NCBI GenBank assembly: GCA_903938485.1
Contig: CAJADF010000100.1
Coordinates: forward strand, 4,438-68,437
Reading direction: 5' to 3'
Length of the DNA stretch: 64,000 nucleotides
Origin: an uncultured Methylococcaceae bacterium
GTDB lineage: Bacteria > Pseudomonadota > Gammaproteobacteria > Methylococcales > Methylomonadaceae
A program made the position numbers and the translations under genes. Shown here one piece after another: positions 29,139 through 39,935 of the stretch (the first letter of the stretch is position 1; the number at the start of each line of letters is the position of its first letter). The notes below the pieces were generated by a model that searched no databases, was not told the DNA's origin, and saw only the letters and a program-made list of their open reading frames with translations.

Positions 29139-32100
29139 GTTCTGTCTCCTTAGCACTATCCATTTTAAGTTGCGCTTTGACTGCCGATACAGAAGTTGCG
29201 TCAGTCCACTCCAGTTCGGCCAATTGTTTGTAATAGTGATAACGATGCGTTACATCCAATTGCGCTTGTGCTAAAAATGCTTCGGCGTCTTCTGGATGGG
29301 TTTGCCATAACATGCTAAAGCGCGTCTCGGTTTTTACGAAGTCCCGATAGGGAATAGAAGGCTCTGCAGAATCTAACTTCATAGGATTTTTGCCTGCTTT
29401 GGCTTTGCTAGGATCAAATCTAAACAAAGGCCAATGGCCACTTTTTACCGCTAGATTTTGTTGATGATGGTTATTAGATAAATCCACGCCATGGGCAATG
29501 CACGGTGCATAAGCAATAATAATTGAAGGGCCATCATGCGCTTCCGCTTCTAAAAATGCCGTTAAAGTTTGCGTATCTTTACCCGCATAAGCCACATGCG
29601 CCACATACACATTACTGTAATCCATGGCTAATAAAGCTAAGTCTTTTTTGGCGGTTGCCTTACCACCTGCAGAGAATTTAGCCACGGCACCTAAAGGCGT
29701 TGATTTAGAAGTTTGTCCGCCGGTATTGGAATACACCTCCGTATCTAATACTAAGATATTTACATTACGGCCACTGGCTAATACATGATCCACCCCACCA
29801 AAACCAATGTCATAAGCCCAGCCATCACCCCCAATAATCCAAACGCTTTTTTTGCTTAAGGTATCAGCCAATTCTAAGAGGGTTTGTGCAGCCGGGGTTT
29901 TAAATTGTGCACCTTGAGTGAGCTTTTCTTTTAATTCTGCTACCCGCACCCGTTGTTCATAAATACCCACTTCATCCGCTTGATCGGCATTTAATAAAGC
30001 ATTAACTAGCTCTATACCCAATTGTTCTTGATGTAATGCTAATAACTCTTTAGCTGTTGCGGTTTGTTTATCTAAGGCTATGCGCATGCCTAAACCAAAC
30101 TCAGCGTTATCTTCAAATAAAGAATTACTCCAAGCAGGCCCCCTACCCTCAGCATTTTTAGTCCACGGAGTTGTCGGTAAGTTGCCGCCATAAATGGAAG
30201 AACAACCGGTGGCATTGGCAATCAACATGCGATCACCAAACAACTGCGAGGCCAGTTTAATATAAGGCGTTTCACCACAACCGACACACGCTCCAGAGAA
30301 CTCAAACAAGGGTTGCAATACCATCGCACCTTTAATGGTATTGGTTTTTAATAAGCGTCTATCGTATTCAGGTAGACTTAAAAAATAATCCCAGTTTGTA
30401 TTTTCAGTTTCACGTAAAGCCGGTTGGGCTTGCATATTAAGCGCTTTACGACTGGCATTAGATTTATCCCGAATGGGGCATATATCCACACATAAAGTAC
30501 AGCCAGTGCAATCTTCCGGTGACACTTGATAACTCATCGATAAACCCGCAGGAAAATCTTTACCTAACACAGGCGTGTGTTTAAATGTAGTGGGCGGATT
30601 AGCTAACTGATCCGTCTCAAAGATTTTGCTCCGAATAACCGCATGTGGACACACCATCACACACTTACCGCATTGCGTACATAAATCGGCTTCCCATACG
30701 GGGATTTCTAAAGCTAGATTGCGTTTTTCATACTGCGCGGTGCCGGTAGGAAATGTACCATCAATCGGCATGACACTCACGGGTAACGCATTACCGTGTC
30801 CAGCAATAATTTCACCCGTCACACGCTTAACAAAGTCTGGCGCTGTGGCACTAATAGTCGATTTAATATCAAACACACTGCTGACAGTGAGAGGTAATTC
30901 GACTTGCTGTAAACTCGCTAAGGTCTCATCAATTGCGATGTAGTTAAATTCAACAATACGTTGACCTTTTTTACCATAGGTTTTCTGCACAGCTTGTTTA
31001 ATTGCGGTAATGGCATCCGCTTGGGGCAATACACCAGAAATAGCAAAGAAGCAGGTCTGCATAATGGTATTAATACGCTTACCCATGCCAGTTTTCTCAG
31101 CAACGGCATAAGCATCAATCACATAAAACCGAATCCTTTTACTGATTAATTGCTGTTGCAGCGTGGCCGGTAAAGAAGCCCAAACCGTATCAACAGACTC
31201 CGCTGTGTTTAATAAAAACACCGAGTTATCAGCGGCATTCGCCAGCATGTCATAGCGTTCTAAAAAGATAGTCTGATGACAGCCAATAAAGTTAGCATCA
31301 TTTTCTGCGATTAAATACGTAGAACGAATCGGTTTAGGACCAAAGCGTAAATGAGATACAGTGACTGCACCTGATTTTTTAGAGTCATACACAAAATAAC
31401 CTTGTGCATGACAATCAGTCGCCGAGCCAATAATTTTAATACTGTTCTTGTTGGCACTGACTGTACCATCACTGCCCAAACCATAAAACATAGCTTGAAA
31501 AGTATCGGCTTGGGCATCGGTGCGATAAGTGGCATCCCAATTTAAACTGGTGTGGGTAACATCATCATTAATACCAATGGTAAATTGATTCTTCGGTTGA
31601 GCTTGCTTCAATTCATCATAAATTGCTTTAATCATCCCTGGAGTAAATTCTTTAGAGGATAAACCATAACGCCCACCGACAACTTTAGGTAACTGGGTAA
31701 ACTTAGGGGTATCACTACTAAAATCTTGTACCAAAGCGGTTATCACATCTTTATATAATGGCTCGCCATCAGCCCCCGGTTCTTTAGTGCGATCTAATAC
31801 GGCAAGCTTTTTACATGTTACGGGCAAGGCTGCAATTAAATGTTCAGCAGAGAATGGACGATATAATCTAACTTTAAGTAAGCCCACCGATTCACCTTGG
31901 CGACTTAAATAATCTAAGGTTTCTTGAGCCGCTTCTGCCCCTGACCCCATGATGATAATAACGCGTTCTGCATCTGCAGCGCCGACATATTCAAATAATT
32001 GATACTGACGACCCGTCAGTTCTGCAAAGCGCTCCATGGCAGTTTGCACAATGTTTGGCATGGCTTGGTAATAGCTGTTAACAGACTCTCGGGCTTGAAA

Positions 32101-32778
32101 ATACACATCCGGATTTTGCGCGGTACCGCGTAATACGGGTTTATCAGGCGTTAAGGCTCGACTACGATGTGCGCTAACCCACTCGCCTTTAATCATGGCT
32201 CGTAACACAGCGTCATCTAACAGCTTAAGTTTAGCCACTTCATGAGAGGTTCTAAAACCATCAAAGAAATGCATTAAAGGGATACGACTTTCTAAAGCCA
32301 CGGCATGGGCAATTAAAGCAAAATCATGCACTTCTTGAGGCGAATTAGAACATAACATACCAAAGCCAGTCATCCTAGCGGACATCACATCACTGTGATC
32401 GCCAAAAATGGATAAACCCTGACACGCTAAGGATCTAGCGGCAATATGAAAGACCGTCGGCGTTAATTCACCAGCAATCTTATACATATTAGGCAGCATC
32501 AATAATAAGCCTTGAGATGCCGTAAAGGTGGTTGCCATTGAGCCCGCTTGTAATGCACCATGAATAGCACCGGCAGCGCCAGCTTCACTTTGCATTTCGG
32601 TGACTTGAGGAACCGTCCCCCAGAGATTAACTTGACCTTTAGATGACCATTCATCCGCCCATTCACCCATATTAGATGAGGGAGTAATCGGGTAAATGGC
32701 AATGACTTCATTGAGTTTATGAGCGATGGTAGCGGCTGCTTGATTACCATCGATGGTAGCTGTGTCCTGATTTTGCAT
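29131..32778 (-). CDS. nifJ: pyruvate:ferredoxin (flavodoxin) oxidoreductase
   Basis: 1215 aa, a single-chain PFOR. The N-terminus is DGNQAAATIAHKLNEVIAIYPITPSS. Two ferredoxin-type 4Fe-4S motifs are present (CTQCGKCVMVCPH and CTGCTLCVDICP), along with the TPP-binding region GGDGWAYDIGFGG. Confidence 0.95.
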   Translation of the reverse strand: MQNQDTATIDGNQAAATIAHKLNEVIAIYPITPSSNMGEWADEWSSKGQVNLWGTVPQVTEMQSEAGAAGAIHGALQAGSMATTFTASQGLLLMLPNMYKIAGELTPTVFHIAARSLACQGLSIFGDHSDVMSARMTGFGMLCSNSPQEVHDFALIAHAVALESRIPLMHFFDGFRTSHEVAKLKLLDDAVLRAMIKGEWVSAHRSRALTPDKPVLRGTAQNPDVYFQARESVNSYYQAMPNIVQTAMERFAELTGRQYQLFEYVGAADAERVIIIMGSGAEAAQETLDYLSRQGESVGLLKVRLYRPFSAEHLIAALPVTCKKLAVLDRTKEPGADGEPLYKDVITALVQDFSSDTPKFTQLPKVVGGRYGLSSKEFTPGMIKAIYDELKQAQPKNQFTIGINDDVTHTSLNWDATYRTDAQADTFQAMFYGLGSDGTVSANKNSIKIIGSATDCHAQGYFVYDSKKSGAVTVSHLRFGPKPIRSTYLIAENDANFIGCHQTIFLERYDMLANAADNSVFLLNTAESVDTVWASLPATLQQQLISKRIRFYVIDAYAVAEKTGMGKRINTIMQTCFFAISGVLPQADAITAIKQAVQKTYGKKGQRIVEFNYIAIDETLASLQQVELPLTVSSVFDIKSTISATAPDFVKRVTGEIIAGHGNALPVSVMPIDGTFPTGTAQYEKRNLALEIPVWEADLCTQCGKCVMVCPHAVIRSKIFETDQLANPPTTFKHTPVLGKDFPAGLSMSYQVSPEDCTGCTLCVDICPIRDKSNASRKALNMQAQPALRETENTNWDYFLSLPEYDRRLLKTNTIKGAMVLQPLFEFSGACVGCGETPYIKLASQLFGDRMLIANATGCSSIYGGNLPTTPWTKNAEGRGPAWSNSLFEDNAEFGLGMRIALDKQTATAKELLALHQEQLGIELVNALLNADQADEVGIYEQRVRVAELKEKLTQGAQFKTPAAQTLLELADTLSKKSVWIIGGDGWAYDIGFGGVDHVLASGRNVNILVLDTEVYSNTGGQTSKSTPLGAVAKFSAGGKATAKKDLALLAMDYSNVYVAHVAYAGKDTQTLTAFLEAEAHDGPSIIIAYAPCIAHGVDLSNNHHQQNLAVKSGHWPLFRFDPSKAKAGKNPMKLDSAEPSIPYRDFVKTETRFSMLWQTHPEDAEAFLAQAQLDVTHRYHYYKQLAELEWTDATSVSAVKAQLKMDSAKETEHD

Positions 32779-32883
32779 ATGACAATCCTGAGATAAACTT
32801 ACCGTGAGGAAAAAACCTCACTAAGTTTACCAGAATTAATACCAAAACGATGTGACAGTTGGCTTACTTGTATCGCTAAAAAA

Positions 32884-34035
32884 CTACGATATTTGTAACA
32901 TTTCTAAAGCAAGGCCTGCCATGTTCTTAGACCCACCACCTGCACCCAATTGCTGTTTAACCTGCTCTAGGTTATGACGCATTTGCTCTGAATAAGTGAT
33001 ATCCGTCAGAATTAAACTCAGTTCTTTAACTAAGTTTTCTGGACTGGCTGCGTGTTGAATGAGTTCTTTAATAATAGCTTTACCAACCACAATATTGGGT
33101 AAACCAATAAAAGGAATATTAACTAATAATCGACCCAGATAATACGTAAAGGGGGATAGTTTATAAGTAATCACCATCGGAATGCCTAGTAGAGCAATTT
33201 CTAGCGTAGCAGTACCTGAAGTAGTCATTACCACATCACAACATTGGATTACATCATAAGGTTGATGCTTTACCACGGTTATCGCAAGCTCAGACTGGTT
33301 TAGATACGACTGTAACAAAGCGTCCGAAATAGAATCGGCTTGTGGCAATAAAAACTGTACGTCAGGAAATTGGCTTTTTAATTGCTCAGCAGCTTTTAAC
33401 ATGACAGGTAATAAGCGACTAATCTCATTAGCACGACTACCCGGCAATAATCCCACAATAGCTTGAGTTGCATCTAGATTAAACAATGTTAAATCCTCAG
33501 ACTTACTACGCTGAGGATGCACTTTATCAACTGAAGGATGACCTACGTAACGCACGGGCACTTGCTCGGCTTCGTAATAAGGCGGTTCAAATGGAAAGAT
33601 AACCGCCATCATGTCTGTGGCGTTACCATAAGTTTTAACGCGCCCTGGTCGCCAAGCCCAGACTTGCGGCCCCACATAAAACAAGACTTTAATACCGCAC
33701 TTTTTAGCGTAGCGCGCGAGTTTAAGATTAAACTCTTTGTAATCAACACACACTAATAAATCAGGGCGCTCGGCAGAGGCTAATTGTTGCATTAGCTTTA
33801 AAGCCCGCCGAATTTCTCCATAATGCTTTAAAACTTCTATTACCCCAATCACGCCAATAGCGCCGGAATCATAACGAATATCGATTCCAGCTTGCGCCAT
33901 TTTAGCGCCGCCCATACCAAAGCCCTGTATATCTGGCTGATGTTTTTTTAGTTCCAAAAACATATTAGCGGCATGTTGCTCACCAGATGATTCTCCGGCG
34001 CTAAATAAAACCCGATACGGCTTGTTTGCTGACAT
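32884..34035 (-). CDS. lpxB: lipid-A-disaccharide synthase
   Basis: 383 aa. It has a GT19 pattern (FSAGESSGEQHAANMF, VDYKEFNLKLA, YVGPQVWAWRPGR, LLPGSR, SGTATLE). Confidence 0.93.
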   Translation of the reverse strand: MSANKPYRVLFSAGESSGEQHAANMFLELKKHQPDIQGFGMGGAKMAQAGIDIRYDSGAIGVIGVIEVLKHYGEIRRALKLMQQLASAERPDLLVCVDYKEFNLKLARYAKKCGIKVLFYVGPQVWAWRPGRVKTYGNATDMMAVIFPFEPPYYEAEQVPVRYVGHPSVDKVHPQRSKSEDLTLFNLDATQAIVGLLPGSRANEISRLLPVMLKAAEQLKSQFPDVQFLLPQADSISDALLQSYLNQSELAITVVKHQPYDVIQCCDVVMTTSGTATLEIALLGIPMVITYKLSPFTYYLGRLLVNIPFIGLPNIVVGKAIIKELIQHAASPENLVKELSLILTDITYSEQMRHNLEQVKQQLGAGGGSKNMAGLALEMLQIS

Positions 34036-34038
34036 ATC

Positions 34039-35136
34039 TTAGGCCGTTAACACACCTCGAATCACGCTGACAATTTTGTGAATATCTTCATCTGATAAGA
34101 AAGGACAAATAGGTAAAGCAAAACAAGTCTTAGCCACTGATTCCGTTACGGGCAAACTAACATTTGCATAAGCTTCTTTAAATACATTTTGTTGATGCAA
34201 AGGCACTGGATAATAAATCGCACAGCCAATTTGATTATCTTGCAGGGCTTTTAAAATCTCATCACGACGATCAGAAAGCACGACATATTGATGATAAACA
34301 TGCTCACCTAATTTATCTTCATAAGGCGTAATAACAGGTAAATCTGCCATTAATTCCGCATATAAATGGGCAACATGACGACGACCTTGATTGTATTGAT
34401 CAATACGCTTTAGCTTAGCTCTTAAAATAACAGCCTGCATTTCATCCAAACGACTGTTATAACCAATTACATCATGGTAATAACGTATATCAGAGCCATG
34501 GTTTCTTAGTTGTTTAATCTTAGCCGCTGTTTCATCAGAATTGGTAACCACTAAACCGCCATCACCAAAAGCACCTAAATTTTTACTTGGAAAGAAACTA
34601 TAAGCACCTGCATCACCAATAGCACCAGTTTGCTGACCTTTTATAGACGCACCAAAAGACTGACAACAATCTTCAATTAATTTTAAATTGTGTTTTTGAC
34701 AAATCTCGACAATTTCTGCCATATCAGCCGGTTGACCAAATAAGTGCACGGGCATAATGGCCTTAGTCTTTGGCGTAATGACTGCTTCAATCGCTTCTGG
34801 CGCAATGTTATAAGTGCGTGGATCAATATCTACAAAAACTGGAATAGCGCCTACATAAGCAATAGCTTCTGCCGTCGCAATAAAAGTAAAGGCAGTGGTA
34901 ATCACTTCATCACCCGCGCCAATACCTTCCGCAATCAAAGCTAAATGCAGTGCGTCAGTTCCAGAGGCCACACCGATTGCATGCTTAACACCTAAGTAGG
35001 CTGCTGTTTCTTTTTCGAAGGCCTGCACATTAGGACCTAAGATAAAAGAGCAGTTTTCAATTGTTTCAGCTAGACCACGCTCAACTTCATCTTTAATTTC
35101 AGCATATTGAGCCTTAAGGTTTACCATAGGTATCAT
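34039..35136 (-). CDS. DegT/DnrJ/EryC1/StrS family PLP aminotransferase (candidate UDP-3-keto-GlcNAc transaminase, GnnB-like)
   Basis: 365 aa. It carries the sugar aminotransferase motifs MVNLKAQY, SGTDALHLAL and the PLP-lysine context SFFPSKNLGAFGDGG. Its stop lies 3 nt from the lpxB start. Confidence 0.85.
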   Translation of the reverse strand: MIPMVNLKAQYAEIKDEVERGLAETIENCSFILGPNVQAFEKETAAYLGVKHAIGVASGTDALHLALIAEGIGAGDEVITTAFTFIATAEAIAYVGAIPVFVDIDPRTYNIAPEAIEAVITPKTKAIMPVHLFGQPADMAEIVEICQKHNLKLIEDCCQSFGASIKGQQTGAIGDAGAYSFFPSKNLGAFGDGGLVVTNSDETAAKIKQLRNHGSDIRYYHDVIGYNSRLDEMQAVILRAKLKRIDQYNQGRRHVAHLYAELMADLPVITPYEDKLGEHVYHQYVVLSDRRDEILKALQDNQIGCAIYYPVPLHQQNVFKEAYANVSLPVTESVAKTCFALPICPFLSDEDIHKIVSVIRGVLTA

Positions 35137-35170
35137 ATTGTTTTTCGCCTTTCTTTATTTGAATGAGTAA

Positions 35171-36115
35171 TTATTTGTCGCCCAATAATTGGGTAATTTG
35201 AATTGCAGTCGCAAGGGCTCTTCGGCCTGCTTCGCCAGAAACGAGGGGATTAACACCAGTTTCGATACAATTAACAAAATGTTTGATTTCTTCCAGCAGA
35301 GCATCTCCACCCTCAAAAACAATTTCTTCCGTTTCTATTTCAGGAATACCAGGAAACATTTCTTTTTGACCGGTGCGATATTTACTTAACACCCTATTTT
35401 GAAAATCCACAGATACATAAGAGCTAGGTCTAAATAGACGCATCTTACGCTCCATCTTCATACTGATACGACTGGCTGTTACGTTAGCAACGCAGCCATT
35501 TTTGAATAATAAACGCGCATTAGCAATGTCAGTGCCTTGCGTCAATACAGTGGTCCCACTTGCGTCTATACGCTCAACTTCTGAATCTACTAACGCTAAA
35601 ATAATATCGATGTCATGAATCATTAAATCTAACACCACACTTACGTCGTTAGCGCGTGGATTGAAAGGTGATAAACGATGAGACTCGATGAATAAAGGTT
35701 TTTCGTCTTTATCTAAACCTAATACTGCAGGATTAAAACGCTCTAAATGACCGACTTGTAAAATAAGATTATTGGCTTTTGCAATAGCGATTAAATCATC
35801 AGCTTCTTCTACAGTCACGGTAATTGGTTTTTCAACTAAAACATGCGCGCCCGCATTTAGAAAATCTTTAGAAACTTGATGATGCAACGTAGTGGGTACC
35901 ACAATACTAACAGCATCAACTTCGCCTAATAGTGACTCATAAGAAGTTAAAGCTTGAGCACCAAACTTATCTGCAACGGTTTTAGCCGCCTCTTCATTAA
36001 TATCGACTACCGCAACTAATTCACAATTAGGTAAGGAAGCATATTTTTCTGCATGAAATTTACCAAGATAACCCGTCCCAATAACTGCGCACTTTATTTT
36101 GTTCATTAAATTCAT
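35171..36115 (-). CDS. Gfo/Idh/MocA family NAD-dependent oxidoreductase (candidate UDP-GlcNAc 3-dehydrogenase, GnnA-like)
   Basis: 314 aa. It has an N-terminal Rossmann motif (KCAVIGTGYLGKFHAEKY) and the EKP motif (VLVEKP). It is the first gene of an apparent three-gene unit ending in lpxB. Confidence 0.85.
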   Translation of the reverse strand: MNLMNKIKCAVIGTGYLGKFHAEKYASLPNCELVAVVDINEEAAKTVADKFGAQALTSYESLLGEVDAVSIVVPTTLHHQVSKDFLNAGAHVLVEKPITVTVEEADDLIAIAKANNLILQVGHLERFNPAVLGLDKDEKPLFIESHRLSPFNPRANDVSVVLDLMIHDIDIILALVDSEVERIDASGTTVLTQGTDIANARLLFKNGCVANVTASRISMKMERKMRLFRPSSYVSVDFQNRVLSKYRTGQKEMFPGIPEIETEEIVFEGGDALLEEIKHFVNCIETGVNPLVSGEAGRRALATAIQITQLLGDK

Positions 36116-36579
36116 ATTAGGTTGAGTTTTAAGGTCATTAATCCTTGTTTATTAGCGGATCAACATAACTATATTTGGCTATATTGTAATCTATCAACAC
36201 ACATTCATAAACTTTTCATAACCCCCACAAAAACTTTTGTTCCTCACACCCATACACTTTCAGCCCGATTAACGAGGTATTTATAAGCTTATGAGCGAAT
36301 CACAAAAAAACAGTATGTTAAATAATTTATATATAAAAGTTGTTTTTCTGTTGCACAATTTAGTTAACTAAGTATAATAATTTTAAAGTATTTATTAAAA
36401 ACAAACATAACATCCAATTTAATACTTTATTTGTGTAAAAACCGACAGGTTATTAATAAAAAAGACATAAAGACTCATTCGAATTAAATAGTCTTGTTAA
36501 TATATAATTAGTGACGGTCAAATTAAATTAAATTTATAACAACGTTTTAGTGAAATCACTTCAATAGTGGAGTTTTTAT

Positions 36580-37350
36580 ATGACTACAAAAGCCAGCTTA
36601 AGTTTTTTATTCGCATCAGCAAAAAAAATAAACATTACTCTTTTTAGCATTCTTTTATTCTCACCAATTTTAACAAACGCCGATGTGCATGGCAGTATAA
36701 GCGGCACCAGCAATTACATTGATCGTTGGTTTACAAAAAGCAATAATGATTGGGCTGTTAAAGCAGATATTGATTACGAACACGAATCAGGGTTCTACGT
36801 GGGCAGTAAAATAGCCACTGTCAAATTCTTACCTCAAGGTGAAATGCGTGAGCAATCGACGGCTCCTGTTGAAGCAATACCCTATATAGGCTACAGTTAT
36901 ACTGTTAATAACGAATGGAAAGTAGGTACAGAAATAAATAGATATTTATATGCAGGAACCGTTTGTGGTCATGGAGCAGATTATAATGAATATTATGCTT
37001 CTGTAACTTATAAAGACATTGTAACCACTAGAGCTTCATATGTTGATGATTACTGGGGCACACACAGAGATGTATTTAATTATGATGTTACAGGCAGATA
37101 TCCTGTTACGGACTATTTAGACGTATCTGCTACTGCTGGTTACACAACAACAAGAAGCGCAGTGGGTTCAGATCACTCTTACTGGAACATTGGTGCCACA
37201 TATTTCTACAAAATTGTATCGTTAGATATTCGTTACATGGACGCAGCACAAAATGGGTCAATCAAAGAGTTTATGCTTCCATCAATGCTATCATTTGAAC
37301 CCGCTAAAATTAACTCATCTTTTGTATTCACTGCATCAGTTGGATTCTAA
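36580..37350 (+). CDS. outer-membrane beta-barrel protein (TorF/TIGR02001-like putative porin)
   Basis: 256 aa. It has a signal peptide (ending TNADV), alternating aromatic/hydrophilic beta-strand pattern, many Tyr/Gly, and a C-terminal ...ASVGF with terminal Phe. The family assignment is tentative. Confidence 0.6.
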   Translation: MTTKASLSFLFASAKKINITLFSILLFSPILTNADVHGSISGTSNYIDRWFTKSNNDWAVKADIDYEHESGFYVGSKIATVKFLPQGEMREQSTAPVEAIPYIGYSYTVNNEWKVGTEINRYLYAGTVCGHGADYNEYYASVTYKDIVTTRASYVDDYWGTHRDVFNYDVTGRYPVTDYLDVSATAGYTTTRSAVGSDHSYWNIGATYFYKIVSLDIRYMDAAQNGSIKEFMLPSMLSFEPAKINSSFVFTASVGF

Positions 37351-37565
37351 AATTCAGTAGAAAGATATAACGCTTCAACCTTAAGTCTTGCCCAAGGTGT
37401 TTTCCTCAAAAATTTAAGGCTCGATTTAATACTCGGGTCATGAGTAAAACACCTTATATCAATTAACTCCCCCAAATCTACCCATCCGTAATGGGCCTCG
37501 AGTCTAATTAATATCGTTTCTAAAGATAAGCCATGCAAAGGATTATTGGGTTGAATTATAGTCAC
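37347..37565 (-). CDS. VF530/DUF2132 family small DNA-binding protein
   Basis: 72 aa, reading [60 protein letters not shown]. This matches my recollection of the DUF2132 family. Confidence 0.7.
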   Translation of the reverse strand: MTIIQPNNPLHGLSLETILIRLEAHYGWVDLGELIDIRCFTHDPSIKSSLKFLRKTPWARLKVEALYLSTEF

Positions 37566-37586
37566 TCTATCTACTCTACTAGATTA

Positions 37587-37754
37587 TCAATGCTGTTCAG
37601 TTGAGGTAACAATTTCTTCAGAACTTAAAGTTTTTTTAGCCACTGCCTTTTGTTCATTAGACAAGTAAGTTCCGATAAATATCACCCCCATAATAATAAG
37701 ATAAACCACAGAAGCAACACGGCGCGCTTTTTTACTTTGATCATAATTTGTCAT
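37587..37754 (-). CDS. possible 55-aa single-pass membrane protein (not in ORF track)
   Basis: A hand-translated minus-strand ORF between uvrB and the VF530 gene reads MTNYDQSKKARRVASVVYLIIMGVIFIGTYLSNEQKAVAKKTLSSEEIVTSTEQH. It has positive residues, then one TM helix. No family was recognised. Confidence 0.3.
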   Translation of the reverse strand: MTNYDQSKKARRVASVVYLIIMGVIFIGTYLSNEQKAVAKKTLSSEEIVTSTEQH

Positions 37755-37824
37755 TCTATTCCTCTAACTTATATACTTTATTTATAAACTCAATATAAGA
37801 GCTATGTAACGCATTTTAACCTGA

Positions 37825-39831
37825 TTAAGCTAATAATTGATCTTGGAGTTTCTTAATTTCGTCACGAAGTCTTGCTGCTTGCTCAAATTCTAAATTCTTT
37901 GCATACCGATACATCTCATCCTCTAACTGCTTAATTTTCTTACCGGCCTGTTTAGGTGTCATAGCACTATAATCAGCTCTATGTTCAGCAACCTTTGATG
38001 AGGGCCTTTCTATTGACACACCGGACCCAGGGATGGAAACTTGCAGAATATCTGTAATAGATTTAAATATTGTTGCAGGCTCAATATCATTTTCTTGATT
38101 AAATTTATGCTGTTTCTCGCGGCGGCGCTCAGTTTCTTCTATGGCTTGCTGCATTGATTTAGTAGTACGATCACCATAGAGTATAGCTTTACCATGACTA
38201 TTTCTTGCAGCGCGTCCAATTGTTTGAATTAAAGAAACCACCGATCGTAAAAAACCCTCTTTATCGGCATCCAAAATTGCTACCAACGACACCTCTGGAA
38301 TATCCAAACCTTCTCTCAACAAGTTAATACCGACTAAAACATCAAATTTACCGAGTCTTAAATCTCGAATAATCTCTACACGCTCAACAGTATCAATATC
38401 TGAATGTAAATAGCGCACCCGAATACCATGTTCAGTTAAATATTCAGTTAAATCTTCAGACATCCTTTTAGTTAAAGTGGTTACTAAAACGCGTTCTTTA
38501 ACAGCTATACGTAAATTAATTTCTGACAATAAATCATCTACCTGCGTGGTTGCCGGTCTAACCTCTACAATAGGATCTAACAAGCCAGTTGGTCTAACCA
38601 CTTGTTCAGCAAAAACACCTGAATTTGCTTTTTCATAGGGTCCAGGCGTTGCCGACACATATATACGCTGAGGTGATTTAGCTTCAAACTCATCAAACAT
38701 TAAAGGTCGATTATCCAAAGCAGAAGGTAATCTAAAACCATATTCAACTAAAGTCTCTTTTCGAGAACGATCCCCTTTATACATCGCGCCTATTTGCGGT
38801 ACAGTCACATGACTTTCATCGATTATCACCAAGGCATCATCAGGCAAATAGTCAAACATAGTCGGAGGAGACTCTCCCGCTGCTCTGCCTGACAAATAGC
38901 GCGAATAATTTTCAATTCCCGAGCAATACCCCACCTCTAATATCATCTCGATATCAAACAAAGTGCGTTGCTCAAGACGTTGCGCTTCTACCAATTTATT
39001 AAGTGCGCGCAACTGCTCCAGACGTTCTTTAAGTTCGATTTTAATTGCATCAACCGCGGCTAATAATTGGTCTCTAGGTGTAACATAGTGGCTCTTAGGA
39101 TAAACCGTATAACGGGCCACGCGATTAATAATCTCCCCTGTTAAAGGATCGAATAAAGATAAGCGCTCAACCTCATCATCAAACAACTCAATTCTTAAGG
39201 CCTCACTATCTGATTCCGCAGGATAAACATCAATCACTTCGCCTCTAACCCGATATGTTGCCCTACGCAACTCAACATCATTTCGGGTATATTGCATTTC
39301 GGCTAAGCGACGGAGAATATCTCGCTGCTTAATAAGATCACCTACCACCAAATGTAACACCATTTGGAAATAAGATTCAGGCTCACCTAAACCATAAATG
39401 GCAGATACCGTAGCCACAATAATCGTATCAGGCCTTTCTAATAAAGCTTTAGTTGCCGATAAACGCATTTGCTCAATGTGTTCATTTATTGCTGCATCTT
39501 TATCAATAAACGTATCAGATGCAGGAACATATGCCTCGGGTTGATAATAGTCATAATAAGACACAAAATACTCAACACTATTTTCAGGAAAGAACTCTTT
39601 CATCTCCCCATATAGTTGTGCGGCCAAAGTTTTATTTGGTGCCATAATCATTGCCGGCCGTTGCACGGTACTAATTACATTGGCAATAGTAAAGGTTTTA
39701 CCTGAACCGGTTACACCTAAAAGTGTTTGATGAACCTCACCATCACTTAAACCTTCAACTAATTCTGCAATTGCAGTAGGTTGATCACCCGCAGGCGAAA
39801 ATCGACTATGAATTTTAAATTCTTTTTTCAA
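37825..39831 (-). CDS. uvrB: excinuclease ABC subunit B
   Basis: 668 aa. It carries GDQPTAI, Walker A (GVTGSGKTF), DESH, helicase motifs and the C-terminal UVR domain ([15 protein letters not shown]). Confidence 0.97.
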   Translation of the reverse strand: MKKEFKIHSRFSPAGDQPTAIAELVEGLSDGEVHQTLLGVTGSGKTFTIANVISTVQRPAMIMAPNKTLAAQLYGEMKEFFPENSVEYFVSYYDYYQPEAYVPASDTFIDKDAAINEHIEQMRLSATKALLERPDTIIVATVSAIYGLGEPESYFQMVLHLVVGDLIKQRDILRRLAEMQYTRNDVELRRATYRVRGEVIDVYPAESDSEALRIELFDDEVERLSLFDPLTGEIINRVARYTVYPKSHYVTPRDQLLAAVDAIKIELKERLEQLRALNKLVEAQRLEQRTLFDIEMILEVGYCSGIENYSRYLSGRAAGESPPTMFDYLPDDALVIIDESHVTVPQIGAMYKGDRSRKETLVEYGFRLPSALDNRPLMFDEFEAKSPQRIYVSATPGPYEKANSGVFAEQVVRPTGLLDPIVEVRPATTQVDDLLSEINLRIAVKERVLVTTLTKRMSEDLTEYLTEHGIRVRYLHSDIDTVERVEIIRDLRLGKFDVLVGINLLREGLDIPEVSLVAILDADKEGFLRSVVSLIQTIGRAARNSHGKAILYGDRTTKSMQQAIEETERRREKQHKFNQENDIEPATIFKSITDILQVSIPGSGVSIERPSSKVAEHRADYSAMTPKQAGKKIKQLEDEMYRYAKNLEFEQAARLRDEIKKLQDQLLA

Positions 39832-39869
39832 TGTTTATCTCAATAGATAGATTTTTTAACGTCGGGTTA

Positions 39870-39898
39870 TTAGCAAGTTACAATACATAGCGTATAAT
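39870..39898 (+). promoter_or_regulatory. candidate sigma70 promoter for the aminotransferase gene
   Basis: TTAGCA-N17-TATAAT, with a perfect -10 and a 4/6 match at -35. The -10 ends 37 nt upstream of the ATG at 39936. Confidence 0.4.
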
Positions 39899-39935
39899 CA
39901 CGAGCATTTATGACAATTATCTTACATGGCGGAAT

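Noticed and set aside
25108-29156. Type I secretion genes (ABC, MFP, OMP) or a serralysin inhibitor next to the RTX protease
   Set aside because: The flanks of the RTX gene are the tad operon on one side and the DHOD-like/PFOR genes on the other. No candidate transporter ORF is present in the window.
32779-32883. Hairpin GTGAGG-aaaaaa-CCTCAC between lpxB and the PFOR gene as a terminator
   Set aside because: The stem is only 6 bp and the T-run falls in the loop rather than after the stem on the transcribed (minus) strand. That is not a convincing intrinsic terminator.
39832-39935. LexA (SOS) box upstream of uvrB
   Set aside because: I scanned the 104-bp uvrB/aminotransferase spacer on both strands for CTGT-N8-ACAG. 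No CTG or CAG trinucleotide pair with that spacing exists there. Only a sigma70-like promoter for the opposite gene was found.
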